Of a DNA stretch of 64,000 bases, positions 24,147 to 35,879 are shown one piece after another. The translations under genes and the position numbers were made by a program. A model generated the notes under the pieces. It was not told the DNA's origin. It did no database searches and worked only from the letters and a program-made list of their open reading frames with translations. The number at the start of each line of letters is the position of its first letter. The first letter of the stretch is position 1. The stretch comes from Cyanophora paradoxa CCMP329 (lineage: Eukaryota; Plantae; Glaucophyta): positions 62,001 to 126,000 of the forward strand of contig QPMI01000057.1 of assembly GCA_004431415.1 (NCBI GenBank). Direction: 5' to 3'.

Positions 24147-27100
24147 CTACAGGCCAGCAGGGAAGGAGGGTAGGTCGGCCATATCACTGACAGGTACTCC
24201 GTTCAGCTCGAAATCCAGCTTGAGCTTCATCACGACAGGTTTCTGGAAGGTGGCGATGAGTCAACGCAGCACATGCCAGAAGGAAAGTGGTGAACCTGTC
24301 CAAAGAGGGTGTTCGTGATCCGAATTTGCTGCGTGATGGCCCCAACAGCGTTGGGCGGAAGCGAAGTTCCAGAGGCGGGGAGCATTTGGAGCTTGATATA
24401 CTGCACAGCCACAATCAACGGGATGGACTGAAGCTTGAATAATCTCAAAAGGGCGCTGTGACCTTTGGAACTGCAGCCTGCAACACAACATTGTTCACTG
24501 GCGTCGCATTGTTGTTGCTAAACAGCACTCCAACCATTGTCGTTTGCGGATCGCCCTAATGAAGCCAGCGAATCATCCTTCAGTCAAAAACGAGGAGCAG
24601 AAAGCACAGTTGAGCACCTCCTGCTTCGAGAAATCGAAAGTGATGACTAGCCCGTGGCGTTCGTAGGCTTTCAAACTCGGTATGCTCGTGTTGCTTGCCG
24701 AGGGCAGCATGCTTGCGGGAAGAGCGGATGACACTGCCAACGCTGGCGAGAGTGGCGCCTGGCTGATGGGTTGCATACCCATCAATGCTTCAAGGGGGTT
24801 GGTTGCAGGAACAAGCCCAGCATTGCTGGGCATTGAAGACATAGGAACAGCCGATGGCCCAGGGCCCAGCAGGGTAAGGAGAACATCTGCATTAGAGAGT
24901 GTAGAGGCAGCAACTGGGCCAGCTGGAGCAACAACGGGAGATGGTGACGCCCCCCCTGGCTGCACGGGGCCTGGGCCAAGAGGGACCCCAAGATCGAGAT
25001 CCAACAACGAAGAGCTCGCCACCTGAATTGCACATAAGAGACATGCAGAAGCGAGGTAGAAAACATTCGAGCCTCTTTTTCGTTGCTCCATGCAGACTGT
25101 GGGGGAGGACTCTGCTTGCCCCCGTCATCCGCTGGCTGATCGGGCGCTTCAGTCAATGTCCTGGGAAATGGGTTCCACCCAGAATCCAAAACACCTGTTC
25201 ACGCATACTGCGTCGCTTCAACTGCTCTTCTTCAATTGGAGGCATGCGCTCCAAAATCGCAGGCCTTCGAGGTGCACTCCAAGGTCAGCGAATCAAAAAA
25301 AAAGACAAGAGAGACCAAATACCGGAGGGTGTCCCATTGGAACAGGGTGGAGTATTCACAGGCTCGTTGCTGGAGTTCAAGAACGATACTGTCCTTGTAA
25401 GAGTGGATAATTCGCTGTACTTGCCTACAGACGAGGTCATTGGCGAAAAAAAATCTGGGTTCACTTCGCATACTCGTTTGCTCTGGGTGAAGCAAGGCGG
25501 GTAGAAAGCTTGATGAGAGCCGTGAGTACGTATTGGCGAGTATGAAGAGTGGCCAAAGGATCGCGAATGAGTCGCTCCAAACAAGTTACGACATCCTCTT
25601 CAGACGGTGTCTGGCGGGATTCGTCGATGCGTGTTTAGAATTAAGACCCAGTGATGCAGAGACAGACCCCGATGGAGAGATCGTCATCGCCGATCGGAGC
25701 TTGTTGAATAAGCTGATCCCCGTACTCGCCAATGCACCAGGAACCAACTTGGATAAGGACTTGCTGCGCTGGTCGTGAATTTAACAAGCTGGGCATCTAG
25801 AGCGATCAAGCACCTGATTGCACTCCCCAACTAAAAGACTGAACGACTTGCGGGATGCATACTGATGCAGCTCCGAGCTCTGATCAAGGAGAGAGAATCA
25901 AATAGGAGGGCGAGAATGAGATGAGCGAACAAACACGCCTGAGAAATGAGGAGGACGATGCTCGATGCCACTTCATCTCGCACAAACGTTCCTGCCTGCA
26001 AATGGTATTAAACGCATCTCTCGTGAAAAGTGGGATACGCAACCAGAGACATGACTCGGAAGATCGTGTCGAGATGCCAGCGCTTGTTTGGAGCATACTT
26101 CTCCACGACTGTGCATATTTTTGCGACCAAGTCTGGCTTGAACTCGACATCGGCTACGACAAGATAGCTCAGCATCTCTTTGACCTGCGCACCGAATCGC
26201 ATCCGCGATTTCGGCAAAACGCTGCAGAGCAACGCACAAGTGCACGAATATTGCTCTCATTAACAAGTGCGTATACAAGTTCCAGAGCACGCCGACGGAT
26301 GGAAATATCCGGGTCCTGCGAACGAATTTTCTTTGAATCGATAAAGAAGGCTGTGACATGGGTTCAACAAACCTTCAGACAATCTACAATTGTCTGACGG
26401 TGCCTCTGCACCGCCTGCGTGTCGATGTTGACGACCTTCGAGAGAGTCTGAAGCGCAACATAGCTGCGAGAGTGTCAGTGTTGAGCGCCTGGCGCCAACG
26501 AACAACACCCACCGAATGTTGTTGTCGCGATTTAGCAAAAATCGCCCAAGAATGTTGATCGCGAGAACCCTCAATCCACTCTCTGACTCTATTCCCATGA
26601 TCGTTTGCACGCATTGGTACAAGATAGCATTTCCCGCATTCTTCGATGTCTCAGTGTTGGTTGCGACCTGCTTCCAGTTAGCGGAAGTTGCCGACGTTGT
26701 CGGAGTTATGGACATACTTGCGCCAAGATATCGCTCATCTGATCGCTAGCCTCTGCATCACCCTTGCCCAGGGTTTGGAGCAACAGCAGAAGCTTGACTT
26801 GCAGGAAAGGGTCACAGATTCCAGCAACATCGTGCTCAGGTTCGTATCCAGACAGGACCAAATTCTTCAAAATGCGAACAAGGTTGGGCACAAGCTGCAC
26901 GTGACAGTAAGCATGTGAACGGTAGTAGAACTGCATAGATTGTGTAGAACTGATCGGTTGTTCGACATGTGAGCCCAGAACCCAACTGACCTTCCGCAGT
27001 GGCGCAATCGCTCCTGGATTCGCTTGGCAGACCTCAAGCACCATCGACACACCCGTTCCGAGAACCGCGTGGTTCCTATCGTTCAGCAACGATGGAAGCC

Positions 27101-27839
27101 GCTCCAAGAAATTGTCTATCAGCTCTGGAACCTTTCTGAAGACACGAATTGCACAGAGTGCGGCCTGTCTTCATTGCTTAGGGGGGCATTTCTCCCAGGA
27201 GGGATTCATGCTAGGGCGCACCTTCTTTCGAAGGTACGGATTTGAGCTGCCCAGGAGCTTCTCCACTTCGGGGGCAAGGTCTCGCGCCATCTCTTGCGAG
27301 GAAATGTTGCCGAGCGCGGTCAGTGCAAGTCCGGCGATATACTGATTCGGATGATTCAAGTCGTTTTTGAGCGAGTTCGTAACCAGCATGAGAACTTCTT
27401 GGCGCTCGTCCAGAAGCAAGTTCAGTGCAAGATACCCTAAGCGCTTCTCAGGGAACGTCGGGGCCGCAATGAGTTTGAGGCACTCCATCTGGCCGAACTG
27501 CGCTCAGAGGTAACGCGCACATGCGCACTTTATCCGTCAGCATGCTCTCACATCCAGCGCGCAGCTGGAGACGAACGGCGGTGTTGTAGCCCAGCATGTG
27601 GATGAACATAAGCTTGGCAACATTGCGGTGCCTGTACTCTGCCTCCTCCTCTTTGAACGAAGTCCGTACCGCTGCGAGCTCTTTGGCAATTGTCGCGCGC
27701 TCTTCCGCCGCGGTTTTGCACGCCCGGACGCTCCGGATGAGGTCCCTGGAAGCGGCGGTGAGGTTCGACGGTACAGCGTCCGCGTGTCTAGCGACCGCTT
27801 CAATGGACTGATTTCAACGTACCTAAGCCTCACCGACAT
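24147..27839 (-). CDS. AP1G1: AP-1 complex gamma-adaptin, multi-exon
   Basis: MSVRL|[109 protein letters not shown]; ear domain ends ...DLPSFPAGL*. Confidence 0.96.
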
Positions 27840-28146
27840 TGGGAAGGCGCGGTGCGAATGGATGGCAGTGTGTACGGTTACTCGTACCCGGACAGGGGGT
27901 ACAGGCCTGATTCGCATTACAACTTTGAATCAGGCCCCCATGAGCATATTGATCAGAATCAAGTTCTGGATAGCTTATAATTAAGATCACAAGTTCAAGA
28001 AGCTAAGAATTACGACCGAGAAGCCCCAGGCAAACTTGAAAGCCCACACGTACCGTAGTACATGCACACACGCACGATTACGTACCGTAGTACATGCACA
28101 CACGCACGATTACGATCGCCCCGAATTACGATCGCCCCCCCGGTCT

Positions 28147-28338
28147 AGAATTACGATCGTCTGGGCTGCTGTTACGATCGGAAGAATTACGACCGCTAGA
28201 GCCATGGCCAGAGAAGCCCCTTGAAGGTCTAGCCTACCAGGCCAGTAGAATTACGATCGTCTGGGCGATCGTCTGGCCATGGGCTGCTGTTACGATCGGA
28301 AGAATTACGACCGCTAGAGCCATGGCCAGAGAAGCCCC
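28147..28338. repeat. Two ~75-90 bp direct repeats built from ATTACGA units
   Basis: AGAATTACGATCGTCTGGG...GCTAGAGCCATGGCCAGAGAAGCCCC occurs twice. Confidence 0.8.
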
Positions 28339-29629
28339 GCTTGCGGAACTTGCGCGGGGGGCTTCTGAGCGCGCTGGCGTTGCGCCGGGGTTTGCGCTAT
28401 GCGCTTTGTTCGCGGAACTTGGCGGGCTCTGCCTTGGGCCTGAGCTGCGTCTTAACGAACACGCACGCGCGGGGCAAACGAGCGGCGCTTTAGCCTTGAG
28501 GCTTCAAATCGCTGATCAATTGCAGAGCCGTTGATCAATTGCAGATCCGCCATTCGGCCGATGCGCACGTGCGCACGCGTGGAGAGCCCGCCACGTGTGC
28601 GTTCAGCCGCGTGCCGCGTGCCAGAACCGGTTCTCGTGGGCCGGGCGGGCGCCCGCAGCGGCTCTGCGCGCAGTTCGTCATTCGAAGGGGGCGTTCTGCG
28701 CTTCTGCGATGGCGATGGGAAGGTGCGCCGCCGCCGCCGCCGCGCGGCCGCGGGCCTTGCGATTCCTCACCGCCCTCGTAGGAACCCCCCTTGCGATTCC
28801 GGGCCCTCGTAGTTTGTAGGAACCCCCAGGGGGAAGTTGCACGCCCCCCTTCAGAGGGCCCTGCCTGCGTCGTCCGCGGCTTCTCGCCCCCGTAGGTAGC
28901 ACCGCCGCTTCTAGCCTGCGTTGTCCGCGGCTAGTATGCCAGTGTTATCAATGTGCATCATCATCGCGTCAGCTGTGTACATACTGCATGTACATATGCA
29001 TGTTGGGCCGTGACCGGATCCGGAGGCTTGCAGAGCTTCAAAACCAAATCGAAGTGTCGATTACGATTAGCCGGGGTGCACGTGGGCGACTGAGCTTAGC
29101 TATATCCAGGTTCTCAAAGTCCCTACGCCCTGACATAGCATGTGGGGCCTTCACCCAGATTTGCTCGAGGAGTAGGGGCGCTGGAACTAGTAATATATAT
29201 ATATATATATATATATAGGTCGGTACCCGGTCGGACGTCTTTGATTACGATTACGATTAGGGGGGTGGGCGACTGAGCTTAGGTTGGACTCAGGGACGTC
29301 TTTGAATGCGATTACGATTTGGGCCGACGCGACGTCTTTGATTACCTCTTTGATGACGACGTGGCAGGGCCCTCTGAAGGGTGGCGCGCACTCGAGCTCC
29401 CCCTGGGTTCGAATTCCTACAACCTACGATGGCCCACTGGGGCCGCCCCTGCCCCGACGCCCCGGCCCGCTGCGGGCCCGGCTGCAGACGAGCTAGAGGG
29501 GCCTGCTGGGGGCCGCGGGCCGAGCGGGTCCGGATCCGTACCCCCCATCGGGTGCAGTCGTCTGGACACCACATTCACGGATCCCGGACGTCAACCATTG
29601 AACACCTCTCACGATTACGATAACGATTA

Positions 29630-29890
29630 TAATTAGGCCCTGAGGGGTTGGGCCTCTTTGATTCATGATTACGGTTACGATTAGGCCCTCAGGGGCCTGA
29701 GGGGTTGGGCCTCTTTGATTCACGATCATGATCAGAGTCAGGGGCCTGAGGGGTTGGGCCTCTTTGATTACGGTTACGATTAGGCCCTGCCAGGCTGAGG
29801 GGTTGGGCCTCTTTGATTACGGTTACGATTAGGTGCTGAGGGGTTGGCCGTCTGTGATTACGATTACGATTAGGCCCTGAGGGGTTGGCC
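29630..29890. repeat. ~40-50 bp minisatellite (TGAGGGGTTGGGCCTCTTTGATTACGGTTACGATTAGGCCC), about 6 imperfect copies
   Basis: Direct inspection; a related unit occurs at ~52770-52825. Confidence 0.85.
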
Positions 29891-30139
29891 ATGGGCGTCT
29901 TTTTGAACGCTGCTAGCTAGCCGGAAAGCGAAAGAGGAACTTGAAGCGGGCGCTCGAATCGGCGGAAGCTCGAAAGCGGATGAGAAAGCTCGAAAGAAGC
30001 AGAAGCCCTGATCATTATGATCACGGGATCTCGAACTTTGGAAAGTGGAATTCGCGAGCTGGACTTCTTTTGCTTGATCGTTCGTGGAGCACGTCTATTG
30101 CTTGCTTTCAATTTGCTTTAAATTTATTGCTTGCTCTTG

Positions 30140-30430
30140 GCTGACTCCATGTCGGGCCCCCAGGGCCCGTAGCTTTAGGGCCTTCCGCCACCGCCCCAAC
30201 GCGACCCCCCCCGCCAAAAGACGCGATGCAGCACCACGCCGTGTGGGCACATGCAGCTCTAGCTTGCCAGAGTGTCCGCGGGGAGGCGCATTACTCCCCA
30301 TTACTCCCCTCAGGGGGCCACACAGGGCCCGGCCGGCCAGCTCGCTGGTTGGCTGGGCCCAGTCGTGGTGGCCGCAGTGTACATCCCACACTTGTAGCCC
30401 GGATTTGCGTTTTTAGTACGTGACCAAATG
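30140..30430 (-). mobile_element. Family A/B element, left end flush with the TMCO1 stop codon
   Basis: Minus strand reads ...ACCATG TAA|CATTTGGTCACGTACTAAAAACGCAAATCCGGGCTACAAGTGTGGG...GGGCCCGACATGGAGTCAGC. Confidence 0.85.
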
Positions 30431-31281
30431 TTACATGGTATTCGCCTGCGCTGCACGCGGCTGGAAACCAAAGAACTGTGTCGAGTATGAGTGAAGTACG
30501 ATTCTTGGATGATGAGGCAGCACCTTTTGAATGCTTTGCCGGATACTCATGGAAGCCAAGACATATATGAAGGTGGCGCTGCAATCCCGATAATCGCTCC
30601 CCAGTAAGCTCCTATGGCTGAGGCCTCGAACAAGTGAGAACGGCTCGAAGGGAAGCCGAGCGACAGTCTTTGCATCATACACTGAGTTCATCTAGGGGAC
30701 GTGGTCAACCAAGAATCTGCGACAAATAAAGGTACGTACTGCAGTGAACACGGTGATCTGCTCGCCGAAACAATTAGCAGCAGGCTTACAAATACACCGG
30801 GGAACGCAGACCATAACAATAGCCAAGGCAAAATTCGATTTCATCTTCGACATCGTCATCTCGCGGTTCAGGTTCTTGAGCTCCTCTGCGCAGCTCACTA
30901 AGCGGGCATCAGAGCTCGCGCTTCGAACAAATCACGCGCCCTCAAACTGCGCAGACGTCAGCTCAGACTAAGCGCGCAGAGAGGAATCGCAGCGCACCTT
31001 GTCGATGCGTTTTGCAGCGGACTTTTGCTTTGTAACGCTAACGGTGGCCTCCTTCCTCCGCTCCAGTTTGCTCGAGAGACCCGCGATCTGCTTCGTAAGA
31101 CGGTTGTAGGAATCGGTCCTGCGAGTCGGTATCAGGCGTCGCATTCGGCGCTCGCGCTCGCTCGCATTCCATAGCGCATGCGAGGCGCGCCGCACCGGTA
31201 GATCAGGATCCACGACAAGAACTCACTCAGAATGGACGACAGGGCGGCAATGCCGACGACGGTCAAGGCGTCGATGAGCAT
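30431..31281 (-). CDS. TMCO1: TMCO1 (Oxa1-superfamily ER membrane protein), multi-exon
   Basis: LSEFLSWILIYR|TDSYNRL, EELKNLNREMTMSKMKS, VARLPFEPFSLVRGLSHRSLLGSDYRDCSATFIYVLASMSIRQSIQK|FFGFQP. Confidence 0.92.
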
Positions 31282-31380
31282 CCTGGGCCCGCTAGAGAAA
31301 GGTACACCCCCAGCTCCTCGGCCGGCGAAGCGCTGTGCGCTACGCAGAGGGGGTATACGTAGAGATCGCTTGTGCAAGGG

Positions 31381-31413
<33 letters not shown>

Positions 31414-32119
31414 AGTTGTCAGAGCTATGTACACAGACGCACGCGTGCACGTACGCGTGCGCGCGCATGCGTGCGCATGCACGTGCGTGCGCGTAATCGA
31501 AATCAATTTGCAAAATCCAGCCCGGGCCGGCCCCGGTCGGGCCCGACGTCGACTAACGTGTGCACCCCCCCCCCCCCCCCACCCCGCCCCCCCCGGGAAT
31601 ATTAAATAACGTCGACGTCAATTCAAATTTAAACGTTAACTCGGCGCGCGCGGAAAACTTTTGAACATGGTGGCATCCGGTCGCGATGATCGGCAGCATC
31701 CGCAGCTCCGCCGGAGAGATCTAGAGACTCAGAGAGAGAGAGATCTATATATATAGATATATAGAGAGAGAGAATGTAGTAGACACTGCGCGTGACACAT
31801 CCACGCCATGGCCAGCAATTGCAAGACTGGGTCACCGGGTATGACAAAGCCGCATGCACCGTGGCACAGAGGCCCCGAATGGAACGTATACGTACAACGC
31901 CCGGCCCGTCAGGGACCCACTAACGTGTCGATTGTGCTTTGGGCCTTCGGGTCCTTCGCCTTTCGTCAAAACCGTACAATTGCAACCGGCTTGGGCGTGT
32001 CTTATACATACTAGTACTCTTCTTCTTCTCCACTAACGTGGGGAGTGAGTGGAGCCTCATACCCCCCACCTCATACTAACGTGGGGAGTGAGTGGACCCT
32101 GGGCCACCACCCCCAGGGC

Positions 32120-32544
32120 GCCTTGGGGCGGTGGCGGACTCCAGGAAGCCCCTAAAGCTTAATTTATAAGCTATGGGCCCTGGGGCCCGGGGGCCTGACA
32201 TGGAGTAGCTATAGCTTAGCCTAGTATGACCAGGCCGGGAAACGATTAATATTACGATTACGATTAGCTATAGCTATAGTATTATACACATGTATTCAGG
32301 GGGCTGCAGCCAGCTGCAGGTTGCATGCAGCTGTCTTCCGGGCAAGGCCCGCACACTGTGACATCTGATCTTTGGTCTTAAGCCTAGTAGATCACTTCCG
32401 GATCCATCTCGATTTGCCTACGCAGCTGAGCCCGGGCGAGACCGTGAACTGTGCCGTGGCGTTGCCTGGCCTCGCGGTCGCTGACCGAGGTCCCTAGCTA
32501 GCCAGAACAGCTAGCCAGATACTGCGATTGTGACGTCAAAATGC
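32120..32544 (+). mobile_element. Family A/B element: internal part plus right end, 17 nt beyond the ADA2 stop
   Basis: TTGGGGCGGTGGCGGA...GACATGGAGT matches the interior of the 30140 copy. CTGAGCCCGGGCGAGACCGTGAACTGTGCCGTGGC...GACGTCAAAATGC matches the 35186, 53166 and 62167 copies. Confidence 0.8.
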
Positions 32545-32561
32545 ACAGAGCTAGCGCTAGA

Positions 32562-34208
32562 CTAAGTTGAAAAGTCCAGCAGAGCCTGCAGCTGTGCTTG
32601 GGATAAACCGAGGGTGGAACACAAATTCTGCTCTATCTCTGATGTTTCAGAGATGTTCTCTGTTGGCGCTGTCGATGGAACAACCCGGTGCATCCCATCC
32701 CGGGCTCGTCGAGCAAATCTTGGCATCCGATAATCACCCCTTGAGCGCGACTCAAGTGGAAGATCAGCCCAAGTTTTGTATCCTCGCTCCCGATATCCCT
32801 GCAGGGCAAGTTTCAAATACTCATATGGGCGAAGCCATTCAGATGGCACACTTTCAACCTCTCTATGTCTGCTCGAAGTGCTCGTTCGGTGGCTAATGCT
32901 CGGACAAAATCCATGTGCGCCACTGGGTCATCAAAGAAACGCTGGCATGATTGCCTAAGTCAATACGAGTGACGACGAAAGCAAAGCATGTAACAAGCGA
33001 CCTGGTATACACGTGCTCGAATGAAAGTATCTCGTTCTTCCTTCGAGAGACCACGGTCCCAAGCTCTTTGCTACGGTACACACATGAGATCGATTTGCAG
33101 CTCTGCATGAGTCGTACCTTTTTCATATCGAGCAATCCTCGAGCAAGAACAATCTCTACTCGACGTTCTCTCTCCATAACCTTCTGGTTATAGGCATGGA
33201 GAACACTAAGTTTCAAGTCTGCGAAATCAGGAGTTCGGCCCTTCAGTGCAATAACATCAAACGGTAGGATATTCAGTACCTCGCTGAGCTGGTGTATCAT
33301 CGGCTGTGAACATAATATCGGCAATGCATGTCTCAGCTTCAGTCTGGAAGCAGCCGTTAGTACAGAGAAATACAGTAGGAGTCGTATATACCTCGAAAGG
33401 GATGTCTTCGAATTCTCCTCTGCGCATCATGTATCCAGCAGACTCTAAAGCTACGGCCTGAGATAAGGTTAGCTGGATCGCTTTCATTTTGAAGGTTGGT
33501 GTCTTTGATGACCTTGGCCAATCGGCGAGGCTCAAGCCTCACAGCATCTGCTGCCCCGGATGCAACGGCGGTATTGCTGAATCCAGACACATCGTTTCCT
33601 GGTGCCGTGGTGTCCAGTGGTCTGCAAGGCTCTGTGTTCACCAATGGACTGCACGATATCTCCTGCTGTTCTGGGTCCTCTGAAGCTGCAGGCTGGAAGC
33701 CAGCAGGAGCCAGTTCACCACTGATGTCAGGCATTGGAGCACACGCTGAAGACAGATAAATGTTGGTATAATGAGTAGCACACTGAGTTCGATCCTTTGA
33801 TCGAACATGCTCGGCGATCTGCATGTCGTTATTGCATGAACTCCACGGGGAACGGAGATCTAGACTCGGACCTCACGCCAGTTGCCAAGCCCATACATTT
33901 CAATGCCCTGTTGGCCATTAGAGCAGGAAATTTTCGAAGGCAGACACTCAGACCTCCAAAAGAAGCAATTCTTCATCAGTGCTCCAGCCGGACATCAACA
34001 GCTCGAAGTGCATGCCTTCGGCTGCAACTGAATAGTAGTCGTGAAATCGCTTGTGCGCTTCGAGCTCGGCGCCTTGTGCGAAGCAGCCGACGCAGAGGAT
34101 CAAATCGCGGCACTCCGCGCATTTGACCCTCGGTTCGTTGGAGACATCGTCGTTACACGCCTTGCATGCGATGGCTGAGCGTAGAGCGACGGGATCTGCG
34201 CTCTCCAT
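32562..34208 (-). CDS. ADA2: Transcriptional adaptor ADA2 (ZZ finger plus SANT), multi-exon
   Basis: CKACNDDVSNEPRVKCAECRDLILCVGCFAQGAELEAHKRFHDY, WSTDEELLLLE, IAEHVRSKDRTQCATHY, GYMMRRGEFE, LKLSVLHAYNQKVMERERR. Confidence 0.9.
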
Positions 34209-34989
34209 AGCACGCGACTCGCTGACTTGCTGAACGAGTTTTCAGTGCGGTTATGGTCGAAATAACGACTTCATTGTTGTACGGACGTGCTAATGCAGAT
34301 CGCTGGCAGACTCGCTGCCACTCGCTGCTGTGACTCGCAGGATAGTGGGGTACGCATACGCGAGTACTCAACGAACGAAGTTGAACGGTCACCGGGTTAA
34401 CGTTGCAACGGGGCATGCATCATGGCATGTTAGCCCCTATGATGTTAAGATTGCAATTGCAGATCCGGGCCGGGGCTGTTATTTAAATTACATTCGAATT
34501 CGATCAGCGCCTGGGGCTTCGATTTCAGGCAAGCTCACGATCAGCTGCTAGCGCTGAGCCGACACCGGAAGCTTAAGGGCAACGTGCACACGTGTGCCTG
34601 CGCTTGCGCAGGCACACCTCCACAGCGAGCTCAGTTTAATCATTGAGGCTCAGTAGAGCCAGAAATTCAAGATCCAACAGGCTGTGAATTCTCATTCCAA
34701 GTACTAGTGGAAAGCTTAAGCCTAGGCCTGCATGTACGATGCTACAATTCGACCGGCGAACCGTGAACACTGCTAGCCAGACAATCTAGTAAGACATCGC
34801 ATGTCGCATCAATACAAGGAGGCTGCTTCACAAGCCTTCACAGATGCAAGCCTGGCCCCTCGGCGATTTGGGGTTTGACGCTCTTTTGCAGGCGTGTGGC
34901 ATGCACAGTAGCCGAGGCAAATAAAGAACTTAGCGGCAAACTGGGGCAGCATATTACTTCGATTTGGCCCTGGCGGGAACGGAGGAGCC

Positions 34990-35186
34990 TCCGGGCAAGG
35001 CCCGCACCTTCGCATCTTTTGATCTTAAACCTAGCACTAGAGCACTTCGATTTCGACTTGCCTTCGCAACTGAGCCCGGGCGAGACCGTGAACTGTGCCG
35101 TGGCATTGCCCGGCCTCGCGGTCGCTGACCGCGGACCCTCGCTAGTCAGAACAGCTAGCCAGATACCGCGTGTCACGTCAAAATGC
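34990..35186 (+). mobile_element. Family A/B element right end, 17 nt beyond the HSBP1 stop
   Basis: Aligns with 32340-32544 over ~195 bp and ends GTCACGTCAAAATGC. Confidence 0.85.
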
Positions 35187-35203
35187 ACAAGCTTGGGGTG
35201 GCA

Positions 35204-35659
35204 TTACTTTCCCTCCTTCTCCTCGGCGCCAGCTTTCGAAGAACATCAGGCGCGGCACGCGTGCACGCACACACCAACGAACCTTGAGCCATCAGTTCCC
35301 CTATCGATTTCTCGAGGTCGTCAATGCGCGCGCCCATCTCGTCAACTGAGCCGTGCGCAGTTTAGTAGGTCGAGCGGAAAAGAGCGACTGCAGGACGACT
35401 CACTGCGGCCCAGGATGGAGTCCGACATTTGCTGAAAACGCGATTGCTGTGCGCACGTCAGCCCAGGGTGAAGCTTGCCGGCGAAACACGCACCATCTGC
35501 TGAAGGAGGTTTTGAACCTGCACGGCAACGAAAGGGCGGCCGTGTCAGGTGGGCGCGGCGGCTTGCAGAGAAATGCACTGCCAAGGTTCTGGGGGTGGGG
35601 CGCACGAAAACGGTCAGGTCCTGCGTGTTGGTCGGGAGGTCTGCGTTCTCCTTCTCCAT
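35204..35659 (-). CDS. HSBP1: Heat shock factor-binding protein 1, 5 exons
   Basis: Spliced MEKENADLPTNTQDLTVF|VQNLLQQM|QSRFQQMSDSILGR|IDEMGARIDDLEKSIGELMAQ|AGAEEKEGK*. Confidence 0.93.
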
Positions 35660-35879
35660 GTACTTTATGTGCGAATTCGCTGTCCTGGCTCGGAGTCGTT
35701 CGCTGCTCACTGTCGCGCTGTCTTGTGTCCAACAGCTCGATATCTTGTACCCGTTACAGGGCCGCGGTCCCCAGTGTAACCGCACCGTGACCGACCGTCC
35801 TCGGCGCCGTGACACCTGTAACCGCCGCTCGCTGTACCAGCAGGGCGGCGAAGCGTTCGGCAAAGCGGTCGGCGGGGGG

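Noticed and set aside
29395-29420. tRNA or tRNA-derived SINE (GGTTCGAATTCC B-box-like)
   Set aside because: No cloverleaf or convincing A-box is visible.
29630-29890. Possible CRISPR-like array
   Set aside because: The units are tandem and degenerate with no unique spacers, there are no cas genes, and the context is eukaryotic.
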